A stretch of 63,890 bases of DNA, filler included, from Octopus bimaculoides (lineage: Eukaryota): assembly GCF_001194135.2 (NCBI RefSeq). It is 5 parts of 5 records of this genome, joined end to end, with 100 filler letters (N's around TTAATTAATTAA, not from the genome) between each part and the next. Parts side by side here need not be neighbours in the genome. Positions count along the whole stretch, not along the records: positions 20,106 to 48,135 come from NC_068989.1; 4 more parts are not named here. One strand, 5' to 3'. The position numbers were made by a program, and so were the translations under genes. Numbering within the stretch: position 1 is the stretch's first letter; every line of letters starts with the position of its first letter. The notes beneath the pieces were generated by a model. It was given only the letters and a program-made list of their open reading frames with translations. It was not told where the DNA came from and did not search any database. Shown here in pieces: positions 24,096 to 36,921 of the stretch.

Positions 24096-27000
24096 TCTAT
24101 ATATATAAAGATGAGAATGTCTGTCTGTCTGTGTGAATCCCTAAAACTTGAGAACTACACAACCAATTTCATTCAAATTTTACACATGCCTTACTTAGGG
24201 TCCAGGTAGTGTTTTAGGCCCCAAAAATGTTTAACTTCTTGCCTAGTGCGAGCCCAGTGCAATATATCACATTTCCTCCACTATTGCAGTATTACGTGTC
24301 ATAAGTAAAACAATAACATCTCTCTATTCTAATGTCAGATAGTTTCACTTTAATACTGAAACTATTATCTCACATATATACAGGCATACATACATAAATA
24401 CGATTGACAAACTTTTATTCCCTACAACCTGAGTTTTTTAAAAATCTTTTTTCACACATTTACTTACTACCATATATATACACAGAGAATATGCACTTAT
24501 ACATACATACGTACAAATACACACATACATACAAATAAACATATACATACAAATACCTGTCAGTCTTTTCCAAATACGATCGACAGTCAAACATTTATTC
24601 CCTACAAACTGTGAGTTTCTTGAAAATCTTTTTTAAAACACATTTACNNNNNNNNNNNNNNNNNNNNNNNNNNNNNNNNNNNNNNNNNNNNNNNNNNNNN
24701 NNNNNNNNNNNNNNNNNNNNNNNNNNNNNNNNNNNNNNNNNNNNNNNNNNNNNNNNNNNNNNNNNNNNNNNNNNNNNNNNNNNNNNNNNNNNNNNNNNNN
24801 NNNNNNNNNNNNNNNNNNNNNNNNNNNNNNNNNNNNNNNNNNNNNNNNNNNNNNNNNNNNNNNNNNNNNNNNNNNNNNNNNNNNNNNNNNNNNNNNNNNN
24901 NNNNNNNNNNNNNNNNNNNNNNNNNNNNNNNNNNNNNNNNNNNNNNNNNNNNNNNNNNNNNNNNNNNNNNNNNNNNNNNNNNNNNNNNNNNNNNNNNNNN
25001 NNNNNNNNNNNNNNNNNNNNNNNNNNNNNNNNNNNNNNNNNNNNNNNNNNNNNNNNNNNNNNNNNNNNNNNNNNNNNNNNNNNNNNNNNNNNNNNNNNNN
25101 NNNNNNNNNNNNNNNNNNNNNNNNNNNNNNNNNNNNNNNNNNNNNNNNNNNNNNNNNNNNNNNNNNNNNNNNNNNNNNNNNNNNNNNNNNNNNNNNNNNN
25201 NNNNNNNNNNNNNNNNNNNNNNNNNNNNNNNNNNNNNNNNNNNNNNNNNNNNNNNNNNNNNNNNNNNNNNNNNNNNNNNNNNNNNNNNNNNNNNNNNNNN
25301 NNNNNNNNNNNNNNNNNNNNNNNNNNNNNNNNNNNNNNNNNNNNCTTGCAGAACCGCCACAGCCTTTGAAGGAACTACTTGCTGCTTCTACCTCAAGGTC
25401 ATTAAAATTCCTTCAAATCATCAGAAATTACAATTGTGCGTTTCAGATGACTTCTTTCGGGGCTAATGTTGTTACAGACAGTGGTTGGATGCCTACTTTC
25501 AAGGTCCAGGGACAGGTGTACCATCTTATTGGGTCACTCCAGCCACTACAAAATTGCAAGCCTTTGTTCCTCCAAATTTACTTCGTAGGCAACTTGATGT
25601 GTGGTTCAGCGTTATACCACCACCTGCAAACACTGATGCTGACACTTTTGACAGGGACGTTCTACTCAGTCTGCAAAACATGCTTCATGAACACAACAGC
25701 TATATTCACAGTTTCAAATACGTTTTGCAAACAGCCTCTTCACCAAACTTCACCATTGTCGTCGATGCTAACAAAAGACCTTCTGAGGAGCACGTATGCC
25801 ATTATAACGCTCCTTCGTGCAATGAAGTGGCTGTACTTCTCCATTGTGAATAGCACAATAAGCGAGACATACTTATTCATAGCCGAGACAGCCGTCTTCA
25901 ACTAGAGCTGATACAGTATGTGCAGGTCTTAAATCATCCACATTGTGACCCCTGGTGAAAACTCTCAAACTTAACACTAACATGCATGCTCATATGTGAG
26001 GTGACATAACATCAGCAGAATTTTCTAACATCCTCCTTGCACTTGGCGAAGGCAAAAGTCCCTGCGACGAAAAGGGTGATGTTGCCATCGATTCACTTTG
26101 TACCATTGTTAATACGCCTTCTGATCTCATGGATGCAGTATTCCCAGATCTCCAAGCAAATTATCAGAATATGATTGGATTGGCCCCGAAGAATAAAACT
26201 GTTAACCATATTAATGATCAAATGCTAAAACTCATTCTGGGGATTGCTATATATGTAAGTCTATTGATAGAACTCCTGACCCCGAGGACGTCATCAACTA
26301 TCCAATAGAGGTACTAAATTCCTTTCAGCCCCCTGGACTACCCCCACACATTCTGAAACTTAAACTTGGTGCCCCTATAATGCTCATTCAAAATTTGGTT
26401 CTGCTGAAACAATGCAATGGGACACGTTTAATCATTAAGTCCTTATCTCACGATCTAATTGAGGCCACAATAATCACAGGGTGCGGTTGAGGCAACATTG
26501 TGCTCAAACCAAGGATGCATCTTTTCCCATCAAGAGCAGACCTACCTTTCACATTTTGGAGGTCCCAGTTTCCAGTCAGGCCATGCTTCGCAATGTCAAT
26601 TAACAAAGCACAAGGGCAAACGCTGTCTGTTGCGGGAATACATTTGGGGGAGCCATGTTTCTCTCATGGTCAGCTTTACATTGACTGCTTGCGTGTGGGC
26701 AGCAAGAGTGATGCTTTCGCGTTTGTTCCACAAGGAAAAACAAAAAACATTTGGTTTTATAGGATTACTTTGCTTCCTAATTTTATAACTTTTTCTAATT
26801 TTTGCCTTTTCGTCAGTAATTTCTAAGTAGGTGTAGGTTAATATTCATTACAGTGCATTTGACACTCCCAGCCATCAGCTGTAAAAAGGCTGATCTCGCG
26901 GCGTTACAAAGCTTCATTACAAATTAGGCCCTGCTCAAAAATCAGCTGTTCTTCCTCACCAACTCCCATTTGGCGGGCATCGGAGGACCATGGACATGTT

Positions 27001-27992
27001 ACTATTTCACTTCTGTACGACTCTCAAACGGTCAATAATACTTTTATGACAACATTTACATTTTTAGGCGGTTCCCTGCAATTACTTCACACTTCACCAA
27101 CACCTGGCCTCCGCTCAGCTCTATTTCCCTCCCTTCGTCAGCACAGCAGCCTCATCTTCTACATCCGACGTACATGAAACATCTCCCCCCCTATGTTTAC
27201 ATCAGCAGAAACAGGATTGCAACATACAATTTGAAAACCAAGCAGCATATCATTTTATGCAACAACAAATGTAATCATAACGACGATCAATGAAACAAAT
27301 GGATAAAAATAATTACATGGAGTAACTATCTCTTACACACCGTTAAAATTTACATCAAATAACAAGACTTCAAAAGTCGATAAAACCAAATACAGACATC
27401 CTCTCTCTCACCATTATATTTTACACCATTGCATTTTACATCAAATACAAAATATTCAAAAGTAACAGGTCACTTTACACAACATCTCCATGACAGAGGT
27501 GTTGTGATTCATCTATTCAGCACCACTACACTCTTGCCGGTCTGACAATATGGTGAGTAGATGCTATTGTTGTATATTTTCAAACTTACCCGTATTTACT
27601 TACCCGTGATTAATCCCCCTCTTTCCTCCATAGGGCATCTGCTCTGTTTTCACAGAGCATGAAGTTTTGTAACAGCACGTCCACTGCTGTTGGTGGAAAA
27701 GGAACACGCTGTATTCACCTGCGAACGTTTTACACACCCTTCCAGGACTACCTACCAAATTGTTACAATTGTTAGAACGATAACACAGCCTTTTCAGGGC
27801 CACCTCACATTCTATTGTTACCCACTTCTGAGAGTGTTGCAATGCTCTTTGCAGGGCTTACTATCCAGTTGCAAATCGAAATGTTGGGTGTTAACTTATA
27901 TCAATCTTTGCCTCAATAATCATAATTGAATAGAATCATTAACAGTACTTTAACGCAATTCAGCCCCGAGCAACGCCGGGCACTTCTGCTAA
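24096..27992 (+). mobile_element. Helitron, both termini present, internally deleted and degenerate
   Basis: A|TCTATATATATAAAG 5' end; 3' CCCG-AGCAACGC-CGGG hairpin followed by CTAA|T; RepHel remnants inside; AT target site, no TSD. Confidence 0.9.
25366..26790 (+). pseudogene. Helitron Rep/helicase remnant (N-terminal region joined to a Pif1-like C-terminus)
   Basis: IRNYNCAFQMTSFG, FKVQGQVYHLIGSL, YNAPSCNEVA; then PPGLPPHILKLKLGAPIML, CNGTRL, RSQFPVRPCFAMSINKAQGQTL, PCFSHGQLY. The Rep catalytic core and helicase motifs I-III were not seen. Confidence 0.9.
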
Positions 27993-28374
27993 TAGATGAT
28001 AAATATGGGATCCCCATCAAAAATGATGTGTGTGTTCAGTAATGAGAACAAAAGCAACTTTTAACAAACTTGAAGTAATAAGAAGAGGGCAACATTCGGG
28101 CAAATGACCCATTGAAGTAGACAAGCAAGTGAAAGTGGTGCTAAACATATGTAACAGTTACATGTATTTTTTCAATTACAGCTTGACTCAACTCCATATA
28201 ACCTAAAGTTTGAGGACAAACTCTATCAGGGGTCTAACAAGTCCACAAAACTTTAAATCATTTGAAGTTGAGTTAAACTTTATATATATAGATAATGGAA
28301 TAATTACTACGAAGCATTGTGTAGAATATATTGTATAAAGGATCATGGGTAAGGCTTTACCCACAATCCTTTAT

Positions 28375-28410
<36 letters not shown>

Positions 28411-29295
28411 ATTGAACAGACAGAGCACAACAAGGAAAAAAAAGTTAGATGAAAGTAGAGCAAACGGAAACTAGACAAAAACTTAATGGCCGGGGAATAT
28501 AGACAAAAACACAATACACGGAATATTCGCAGCTGAGTTTTCCTTATCAGTCAGTGAACCAAAATATCAGCGTGGTTTCATACCATTCTCATTGAGACCA
28601 CTCAATCTTGGAGGTGCTATTATTAAGCTACTGGGAAAAAGTTAGCGAGTGTATACTGAGACAGAAACAAACAAGACAATATATAAATACAACAGACGAA
28701 GACTTATGCATATATAACAATGCAAAGCCTTACGGCTATATACAACAGAAGAAAAAAAAATAATAATGATTATACAAACACCACAAATACAACAGAAAAT
28801 GCTTTGCAGCTATCAAACAAATTAAGTGGGGTAGTGCAGGGTGAAATGGAGCAAGTCCTAATGGATGTAGCAGGAGCCCAGACCAGCATGTCCAGTCTGG
28901 TCAAAGGCTAGGCGAAAAAGAACAACACTGCCTTCACTGGACACCAGTCATGTGGTAGGGTAAAGGAATTATGAGAGTAAAAGAAAGGGATACAGAGAGA
29001 GAGAGAGAGAGAGAGAGGAGGAAGGAGCAAAGGGAATGGAGAAACAGAGTGAAAGAGAGAAGAGAAAGGTACAAGGGAGGCAAGCAAGGGTGGGAAGTGA
29101 GAGTAAGAGTGGAGACACAAACACATTCAGGGTAAGTCAAAATCGATGAAGATGCCTGGAATTTTATAAACTTTTTTCAGTTACTTTTGTATTTTTCTTA
29201 AAATATTGAAACCCTTTCAATATTTAAGTGATTTTAAAATTTATTAAAATTTCAGATCCCTTTATGACTCTCTTTTTCTGTGTGTGTGTGAGAAG

Positions 29296-29530
29296 ATGCA
29301 ACACCCTAATCTAGTGGTTAGGGTGTTGCATTCATGATTGCAAAATCATGGTTTTGATCCCCAGATGGTGGTGTGTTGTGTTCTTGAGCAAAACACTGTT
29401 TCATGTTGGTCCAGTTCACTCAGCTGTAAATGGTTAACCCTGTGATACACTGACATTCTGTTCTGGGGTAATGTTGACCTGCCTGCCAAGCCAATGGTAT
29501 GGCATCATTTGGAAGCTACAACAATGCGAG
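29296..29530 (+). mobile_element. tRNA-derived SINE whose 5' end carries an inverted duplication
   Basis: CTAGTGGTTAGGGTGTTGCA head; related minus-strand copy at about 37690-37835. Confidence 0.65.
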
Positions 29531-29861
29531 GATATAAATAACTAAAATATTATGTTGAGTGGTTCAGTGTTAAACTTTACTGAGATTCAAAGTGAATTCT
29601 TTATTGTAATGAAATTAATACTTCTGTTGTTCTTTTTATTGTATATTCTAAGAGAGAAAGAAAGAGAAAAAAGGAAAATCCAGCAGACTCATTCTTTTCC
29701 CTGGTTTTAGACATTGGACTGTGGTCAAGTTGGGATAATGTCTTCAAGTGCATTGTCTATTATATTCATGCTAATACTTGTAGTCTGGTGCATTGCCTTT
29801 TATCTTTTTGAGACCTATGACCTTAGGCATAATTTGAGTTTATAATGTAAAGAGATATTCA

Positions 29862-30256
29862 GGTGCAGGAGTGGCTGTGTGGTAAGTAGCTTGCTTACGA
29901 ACCACTGGGTTCAGTCCTACTGCGTAGCACCTTGGGCAAGTGTCTTCTACTATAGCCTCGGGCCGATAAAGCCTTGTGAGTGGATTTGGTAGACGGAAAC
30001 TGAAAGAAGCCCGACATATATATGTATATATATATGTATATATGTGTGTGTGTTTGTGTTTGTCCCTCCAACATCGCTTCACAACCAATGCTGGTGTGTT
30101 TATGTCCCCGTAACTTAGCGGTTCAGCAAAAGAGACCAATAGAATAAGGACTAGGCTTACAAAGAATAAGTCCTGGGGTCGATTTGCTCGACTAAAGGCG
30201 GTGCTCCAGCATAGTCGCAGTCAAATGACTGAAACAAGTAAAAGAGAGAGTGAAGA
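29862..30256 (+). mobile_element. Near full-length tRNA-derived CORE-type SINE (family 1; resembles octopus OR-type SINEs)
   Basis: GGAGTGGCTGTGTGGTAAG head, GCACCTTGGGCAAGTGTCTT core, central (TA/TG)n, tail ...GACTGAAACAAGTAAAAGAG. Confidence 0.85.
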
Positions 30257-31206
30257 GTATACCACAAATTATTCTGTTTAATGCTCAACCAATTGTGTTA
30301 ACTACCAAATTATGGGATCCCTTTATTCTAAGGAGTTAATTTTCTTTGTTGCTTTCAATATTAATGCCTATAAGAAAAGCATATCACAAAATTTCATTTT
30401 CCTTCCTCTTATCAATAGGTTTGATCTCCCCTCACCATCAGCTCTCTTATATGTGGATATATATATGGCTGACAGGATTCAGAATGGGAACTGTTATTGC
30501 TAAAACAAAGACTAACTCACTTATTCACTAAGCCACTAACACATATACATAGGGTTAATAGTCCAAAATGTTATAATTGTATTAGTAATTCACCACAGAC
30601 ATTTAAACAAAGCAGTTACAAATTGCTTAAAAATGTAATTTTAATATTAAATACAGATATTTAACAGACATGTTGGAACATGAACAGGACAGTAAAATTT
30701 GTTCAGAGAGAAAGAAAAGTTAACGAAAGCTTTGGATTTTCATAATATAATGGATCTTTGCCTGTTTAATAATTAAAAAAAAAAATTTGAGTGTACAAAT
30801 ATTTTCAAGTTTTTTAGTTTTGTCTTTGATTATTATAGTTCTTATTGATGGTACTGCATGTCTGTGTATTCTAGAGATTTATATATCAATTATTCCAGAG
30901 ACACTGAAAAGGATTGTTATGACAAGCTTATGTTTAAGATATGAGCTCAGCACTACAAAGAAAAAAAAAAAAAAAAAAAAAAAAAAGAAAACATTTGTAA
31001 GTTACAGTGTCCCTGGTCTTAAAGAAGTGAAGATATATGGAAACTGTGTGTCTTTGCTTGGAACACAGTGTTGGAATTATGATAGGATATAAACTGTTGA
31101 TTCGTCAGGATGTAAAACTGACACTCTAATGTCTTCAGTTTACCAGCAATGGCTCTGTTTAGGGATGATAGCTGCATAACTGATACTATAAATGATGACG
31201 TTACTA

Positions 31207-31406
31207 GATTAGTCTTTTGATACTAACAGACATGGGATTGCTCCGGGACCCATGATACAAACTTCTTTGTTTAAAGTGATTTAGATTAAAACCTTCCTTC
31301 AAAATTTCATCTAATTTATATTCCAAACACTAGCTTAATAATGACCAAGTTATTCTTCATTATTTTCAAAATTAATTGTATTTCAACAGAAATATTGTAA
31401 CAAAAG
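31207..31406. repeat. 200-bp direct repeat, copy 1 (copy 2 at 32815-33014); probable piggyBac-like MITE fragment
   Basis: 5 mismatches in 200 bp by eye; copy 1 runs into AAAGGG-TTAA. Confidence 0.85.
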
Positions 31407-31866
31407 GGTTAAAAGATGTTGGTGTGTTTGATCTCTGAGCTAAATAATCTCTGACATTTAGTGTTGGCTTTTTTGCAGTATAAATAAAAATGTCTCACAG
31501 AATGAGAGAGAGGTAGAAACTAATTCAAAGACTAGAATTTAATGTCCATCTATAACAATAACATCCATTTAAAAAAAAAAAAGAAAAAAAAACAGCTTAT
31601 TCTAAACTTGTCCACAGAAGAGAACCTAACTAAAAAGTTGAAATTATTTCTGAATGGTTTTAGTATTATTTGGAAATAACGATTGTCTACAGAATAATAA
31701 ACAACAACAAAAGGTGCGAAACCATTAAATTATAGTTTAAATATCAGTAATTTACATTAAAATAAGCTTATTTTTTTTTGTTCTGGTTCATACAGAATAC
31801 ACATACATACACACACTTTCTCATGTAAAGTTTCTTCTTATAACAAAATTATTTGAAATTTTCTTC

Positions 31867-31965
31867 TCATTTTCCTTCAACCATTTTGTCACGGACAATT
31901 ACTGATTCATCAAACTTGATCATGAAAGTGGTTCCTTTGTGCCAATGGACAGTCACTTTGGCAGG
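31867..31965 (-). CDS. TRAPPC5: TRAPPC5 coding exon 7: PAKVTVHWHKGTTFMIKFDESVIVRDKMVEGK*
   Basis: AG at 31967-31966; TGA ends at 31867. Confidence 0.97.
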   Translation of the reverse strand, partial: PAKVTVHWHKGTTFMIKFDESVIVRDKMVEGK

Positions 31966-34900
31966 CTGAAAATCAAAGATAAAAATAACCAACTTTGAAA
32001 ATTTGAAAAGGTGGAATTCTACAAATATATTATCATCATCATCACCAGGTATGACGGTGTGGTTAGGGTTTGCTTTGAAATCACCTGGATTCAGGTTCCA
32101 TTTCACTGCATAGGGCTTTGGACAAGTGTCTTCCACTATAACTTTGGGTTGACTAATACCTTGCTAATGAAATTTTGTAGACAGTAAGCTTACAGAAGTA
32201 TGTGTGTTTCTGCATGTTTTCACACTGACATCATTCAATCAATGATGTGTTGTTTACATGCCCCATAAACATGTGTATATATATGTGTATGTGTGTATAT
32301 ATACATGTATGTATATTGAGACCATTGGCAATATGCTGTGCTTGGGAAGATTCATCAAGCCAAATGAAATTGAAGTTGTGGCCAATGCCGGTTCACATAA
32401 CTGGCACCTGTGCTAGTGGCACGTAAAAAGCACTACTCTTGGAGAGGTTGGTGTTAGGAAGAGCATCCAGCCATAGATACCATGCTAAATCAGACTGGAA
32501 CTTGGTGCAGCTCTTCAGTTTACCAGTTTCAGTCAAACTGCCTAACCCATGCCAGCATGGAAAGCTGATGCTAAATGAAGATTTTATATATATATATATA
32601 TATATATAATGTGTGTGTCTCTTTGTCTTGACAGTGTGCAATAGCTGTAAATGAATGTCATACAAGCAATGTCATTCATTTCCAATATTTTGTAAAAACA
32701 TATCTGGGCATAGGGAAATACTATCTGCCTTGGAAACAAGTGAGGGTTGTTGACAGGAAGAATATCAGGCTGTAGAACACTGCTTCAGCAAGTCTTGTCC
32801 AACCATACTGAATGGATTAGTCTTTTGATACTAACAGACATGGGATTGCTCCTGGACCCATGATACAAACTTCTTTGTTTAAAGTGATTTAGATTAAAAC
32901 CTTCCTTCAAAATTTCATTTAATTCATATTCCAAACACTAGCTTAATAATGACCAAGTTATTCTTCATTATTTTCAAAATTAATTATATTTCAACAAAAA
33001 TATTGTAACAAAAGATGCCAGCATAAAAGTACATGTATAAACAATAATGATGATATAATATCTCAACAGAACCAATTAAATAATGCAGCTATTATCAGGA
33101 TTCTAGTCAAAAACTGAATAATAAATAACTAAGTAGCAATTTCTGCTAATTAGTTTTTTTCTGTTTATTGTATTTAAACTGTAGATTAATATTTTTTCAG
33201 GCAACCTTTTTGTTGCTAAACTTCTACTATCTTATAGAGAGAGAAATTCACAGCTAAACAAATGCACATTAAATATAGTGTGTATTTGTTTAGCATATGT
33301 GTTCAGGAATATTTGGAAACAAAATCTGTTAATTTATAAAAATGCTAAGCCAGATAAATCAAATAGTACTCACAAAATTTGCTCCATTTAGTATTGCTTC
33401 CAAAATTCCAGCTGTAAATGCTGCACAGTTCAAACTACCTGATGTCAGTGAAAACAAGAAGACAATTTTGTGGATTAAATAAATGTGTGTAATATAGCCA
33501 TTTACTGTACTGTATGTTGTAAACCTATATTTTCTTATTAATTCTTTTCTATAATAATAGCAGATAAAAATATAGAAATCCTCTTTTGAATTCAGTATGA
33601 AAGTGTGGTGCAGTGTTGAATGACGTTGATGGATGGATGCTGCCTGTCTTAATTGTTGGATAGCCATAATCAATGGATTAGACGGCAAGCAGAACAAAGT
33701 TTGAATAAAAGCCTTCTTTTGATTAGGCTAAACAACGATTTTATTCAAACTTTGTTCTACTTGCCATCTAATCCATTGATCATGGCTGTCCAATGATTAA
33801 GACATGTTTTATATTAGGTAAAGACAGTATCCATCCATCAACATCATTTGACACTGTGCTGCACTTTCATGCTCAATTCAAAATAAGATTATATTTTATG
33901 TGCTACTTACTATTATAGAAACAAATTAATAAGAGAATATTATAGTTTATAACACTAATCACATGACTTTTGACACCAACTTGCCTTTATGAATCAAACT
34001 TTTTGATTCAAGAAAAGCTTCCATCAAAATTTCATATTAGTTTATATTCCAAATGCTAGCTTAATAACGACAAAGTTATTTTAATAAATTCTTTATTATT
34101 TTCAAAATTGAAACAAAGGCAGTGTATTTCATAAGAAATATGTTAACAAAACAGCTAAAGTCATCTTATTCTGCTTGTCATTACATTACTTAGCCTATCA
34201 GTAACACTTTCACATGATTAGTTAAAGGGAGTAATGTGTGTGTGAGAGAAGAGTCAATAAGAATGATGGAAGAGAGAGAAGTGATGGTTAGAAATAAAAA
34301 AGGGTAACACTAATGGAGATTGAATATAGGAAGATCTGATGCCATTCCTGCCACTCAGGTGATATGCCAAGGAAAAGGTAGCGTGATAAAGAATGATGGT
34401 AGAGGATTGGATACTGATTTGATACCATCCCTCACTACTGTTTGATGGGTGAAAGTTGATAAAAGGTAAGAGAAGGGGAAGGTTGAACACAGACAAAACC
34501 AAGATGCCAACTGCCATCATCACTTTAACGTCTGTTCTGTCATACTTTGATGGTGGGTGGATCTTTAGTGGCAAAAATTACCAGTCTTTGCGGACAGTAG
34601 TCATCACTTTCATGAGATTCAGTTATTTTTTCAGCTAATTTGTACACTATCATTCATGCACAATTACATTGCACATCCAATGGAACATGCAAGCTTTATT
34701 TCTTTCTTTTCTTTGCAAGTGCTTTGCATTCAGAGCCCATGTCTTACTACCCTGTAGCATTGCAGTTCACACACAAGAATCATAAAATCTGCTTTTCACT
34801 CTGAGAGCAAAACTCTTTGTTATCAGCAGAGGTAATAGCTTCTAGAATTTTCTTTCCCTTTTTTACTCGGGTTACTATACTTTCACAACACCCACCTCCA

Positions 34901-36876
34901 CTGCTAATTAGGTCAGTTATGTAACAAAAGCTATCAACTACATGTAAGGAACCTTTTGGGTATTTGTAAACATATATTTCACAAGTACTCTTACTGGAGA
35001 CATGTAAGAAGTCTACCTTCACAGCTTGCCTGTAATCCTACAACACCTCTTGTACAGCCCTAGCTTGCACTAGGTACACTGTATATGATTTCAACTGCTT
35101 TTTTTCATTTTACCCTTGATGTAATAGGATTCTGTTTATATTTTCTCATCATTCAACATCCGTTTTCCATGCAAGCATGAGTCAGATGGTTTGACAATCA
35201 AAGAACTGTTCAGGCTCCAATTTGTCTGTTTTGGCATGGTTTCTATGACTAGATGCATTTCCTAATGCCAACCACTTTATATAGTATACTGGGTGCTATT
35301 TACGTGGTACTGGCATGGGTGTTTTATATGTGGAACCAGCATGGGTGCTTTATATATGGCACAAGCTTGGGTGCTTTATATGTGGCACTGGCATGGGAGG
35401 TTTTTAAGTGGCTCTGAACAAGTAGCTTTTTATGTGGCACTGGCATGGGTGCAACTTATATGGCACTGGCACGGGTACTTAAAACTTTAGTCTTTGCTAA
35501 GTATACATTCAAGCACCATGGTTCTAGATTTTTACATCCATGTTTGGATTTTTTTCATTAATTCTATTATAGATTCAGGTATAAGAACTAGGTCATTAGC
35601 ATACACAAGTTCCCATGGACAGCTGTTGTCTGTTATTGTTTGGTGGACAGGAAAGGGCTTAGAACTAAGCCCATATGAACATCAACCTGTTTGGTAAATT
35701 CTTTGATGAACTTATTGCTAACCCTCACTTTGCTGGTTGCTTATCCACATGTAGCTTGCATAACCATACAAGTTATTCATCTACTCCTAAGTTTCTTAGC
35801 CACCACCAGTTAACAGGCATAGTACCCTATCAAAAAGCCTTCTATATACTGATGAATGTGAGGTAGAGTGGCTTATTTCTAATTAAGTACTTCTGCATTT
35901 GTTTCACCAGGAAGAGGACACTGATAATACCTCTTTCTGACAAAAAACTGAACTGTATCTCATTTATGCTGTCTTCTTACTCAATTGTGTGTGTGTGTGT
36001 GTGTGAGGGAGAGGGAGAGAGAGAGAGGGAGAGAGAGATTTAAGACAAAACAAATTCTTACCTTTATCCTTAGGAACTGAAATAAACCTGTTAACCAAAG
36101 GTTCTTTTTCAATGATATAATCTGTTCAAAAAAGTTAAAGACAAACAACTGGGTAGGGTCCTAATTCACAGGAAAGGTCAACAACACAGATATAATTAAT
36201 TTATATGATGAAACTATTAAGAGTAAAATGAACAAGAACAGAATATGCTAGAGTGTGTGTGTATATATATGTATGTATTTCGGGTTACACTAAGAACCGG
36301 TTAATGGTACAATTTTTGACTCAAGTCAAATATAACAAACTACTCCAAATCATTGTTAGAGTATCCACATAAGTGGAATCAAGACTGGCATTGAGTCATA
36401 TAAGTTGCAATAATGAAGTGAAACCAAATAGTGATATTTAGATATCACTTAATATGTATGTTTCAGGTTTATGTAATATATATAATTGGAAATGCATCCA
36501 TTATGTAAACCTTCCACAGTTAAAACAAGGATTGCATAATGGATGCAATTCCTTATTATATATTATGTAAACCTGAAATGTATGTATTAACTGATTTCAA
36601 AATATTATTTGGTTTGATTTCAGTATTACAACTTAAAGTGTGTGTGTGTGTGTGTGTGTATATATACATATATATATATGATGGATTCTCTCGTCATAAA
36701 TGACAAATGAGGGTTCAGTAAAACAAAGTGTTAATCATTTTCTATGGACACGAATGTGTCTCTTGAGGCCTGCTGGTGCCTTGCAAACCTTTTGGCAAAT
36801 GGACCAAGTTCAGGATTCAATTTACTTGAATGCTTGTGGATCATTTACTATGTGTTTTCATGAGTGGACAGCAAGG

Positions 36877-36921
<45 letters not shown>

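Noticed and set aside
29862-29930. SINE heads as tRNA genes
   Set aside because: No complete cloverleaf; they continue into CORE and tail domains and are multi-copy.
35675-35700. NLFGK peptide as TRAPPC5 exon 4
   Set aside because: Wrong strand; the true exon with correct phases is 39950-40007.
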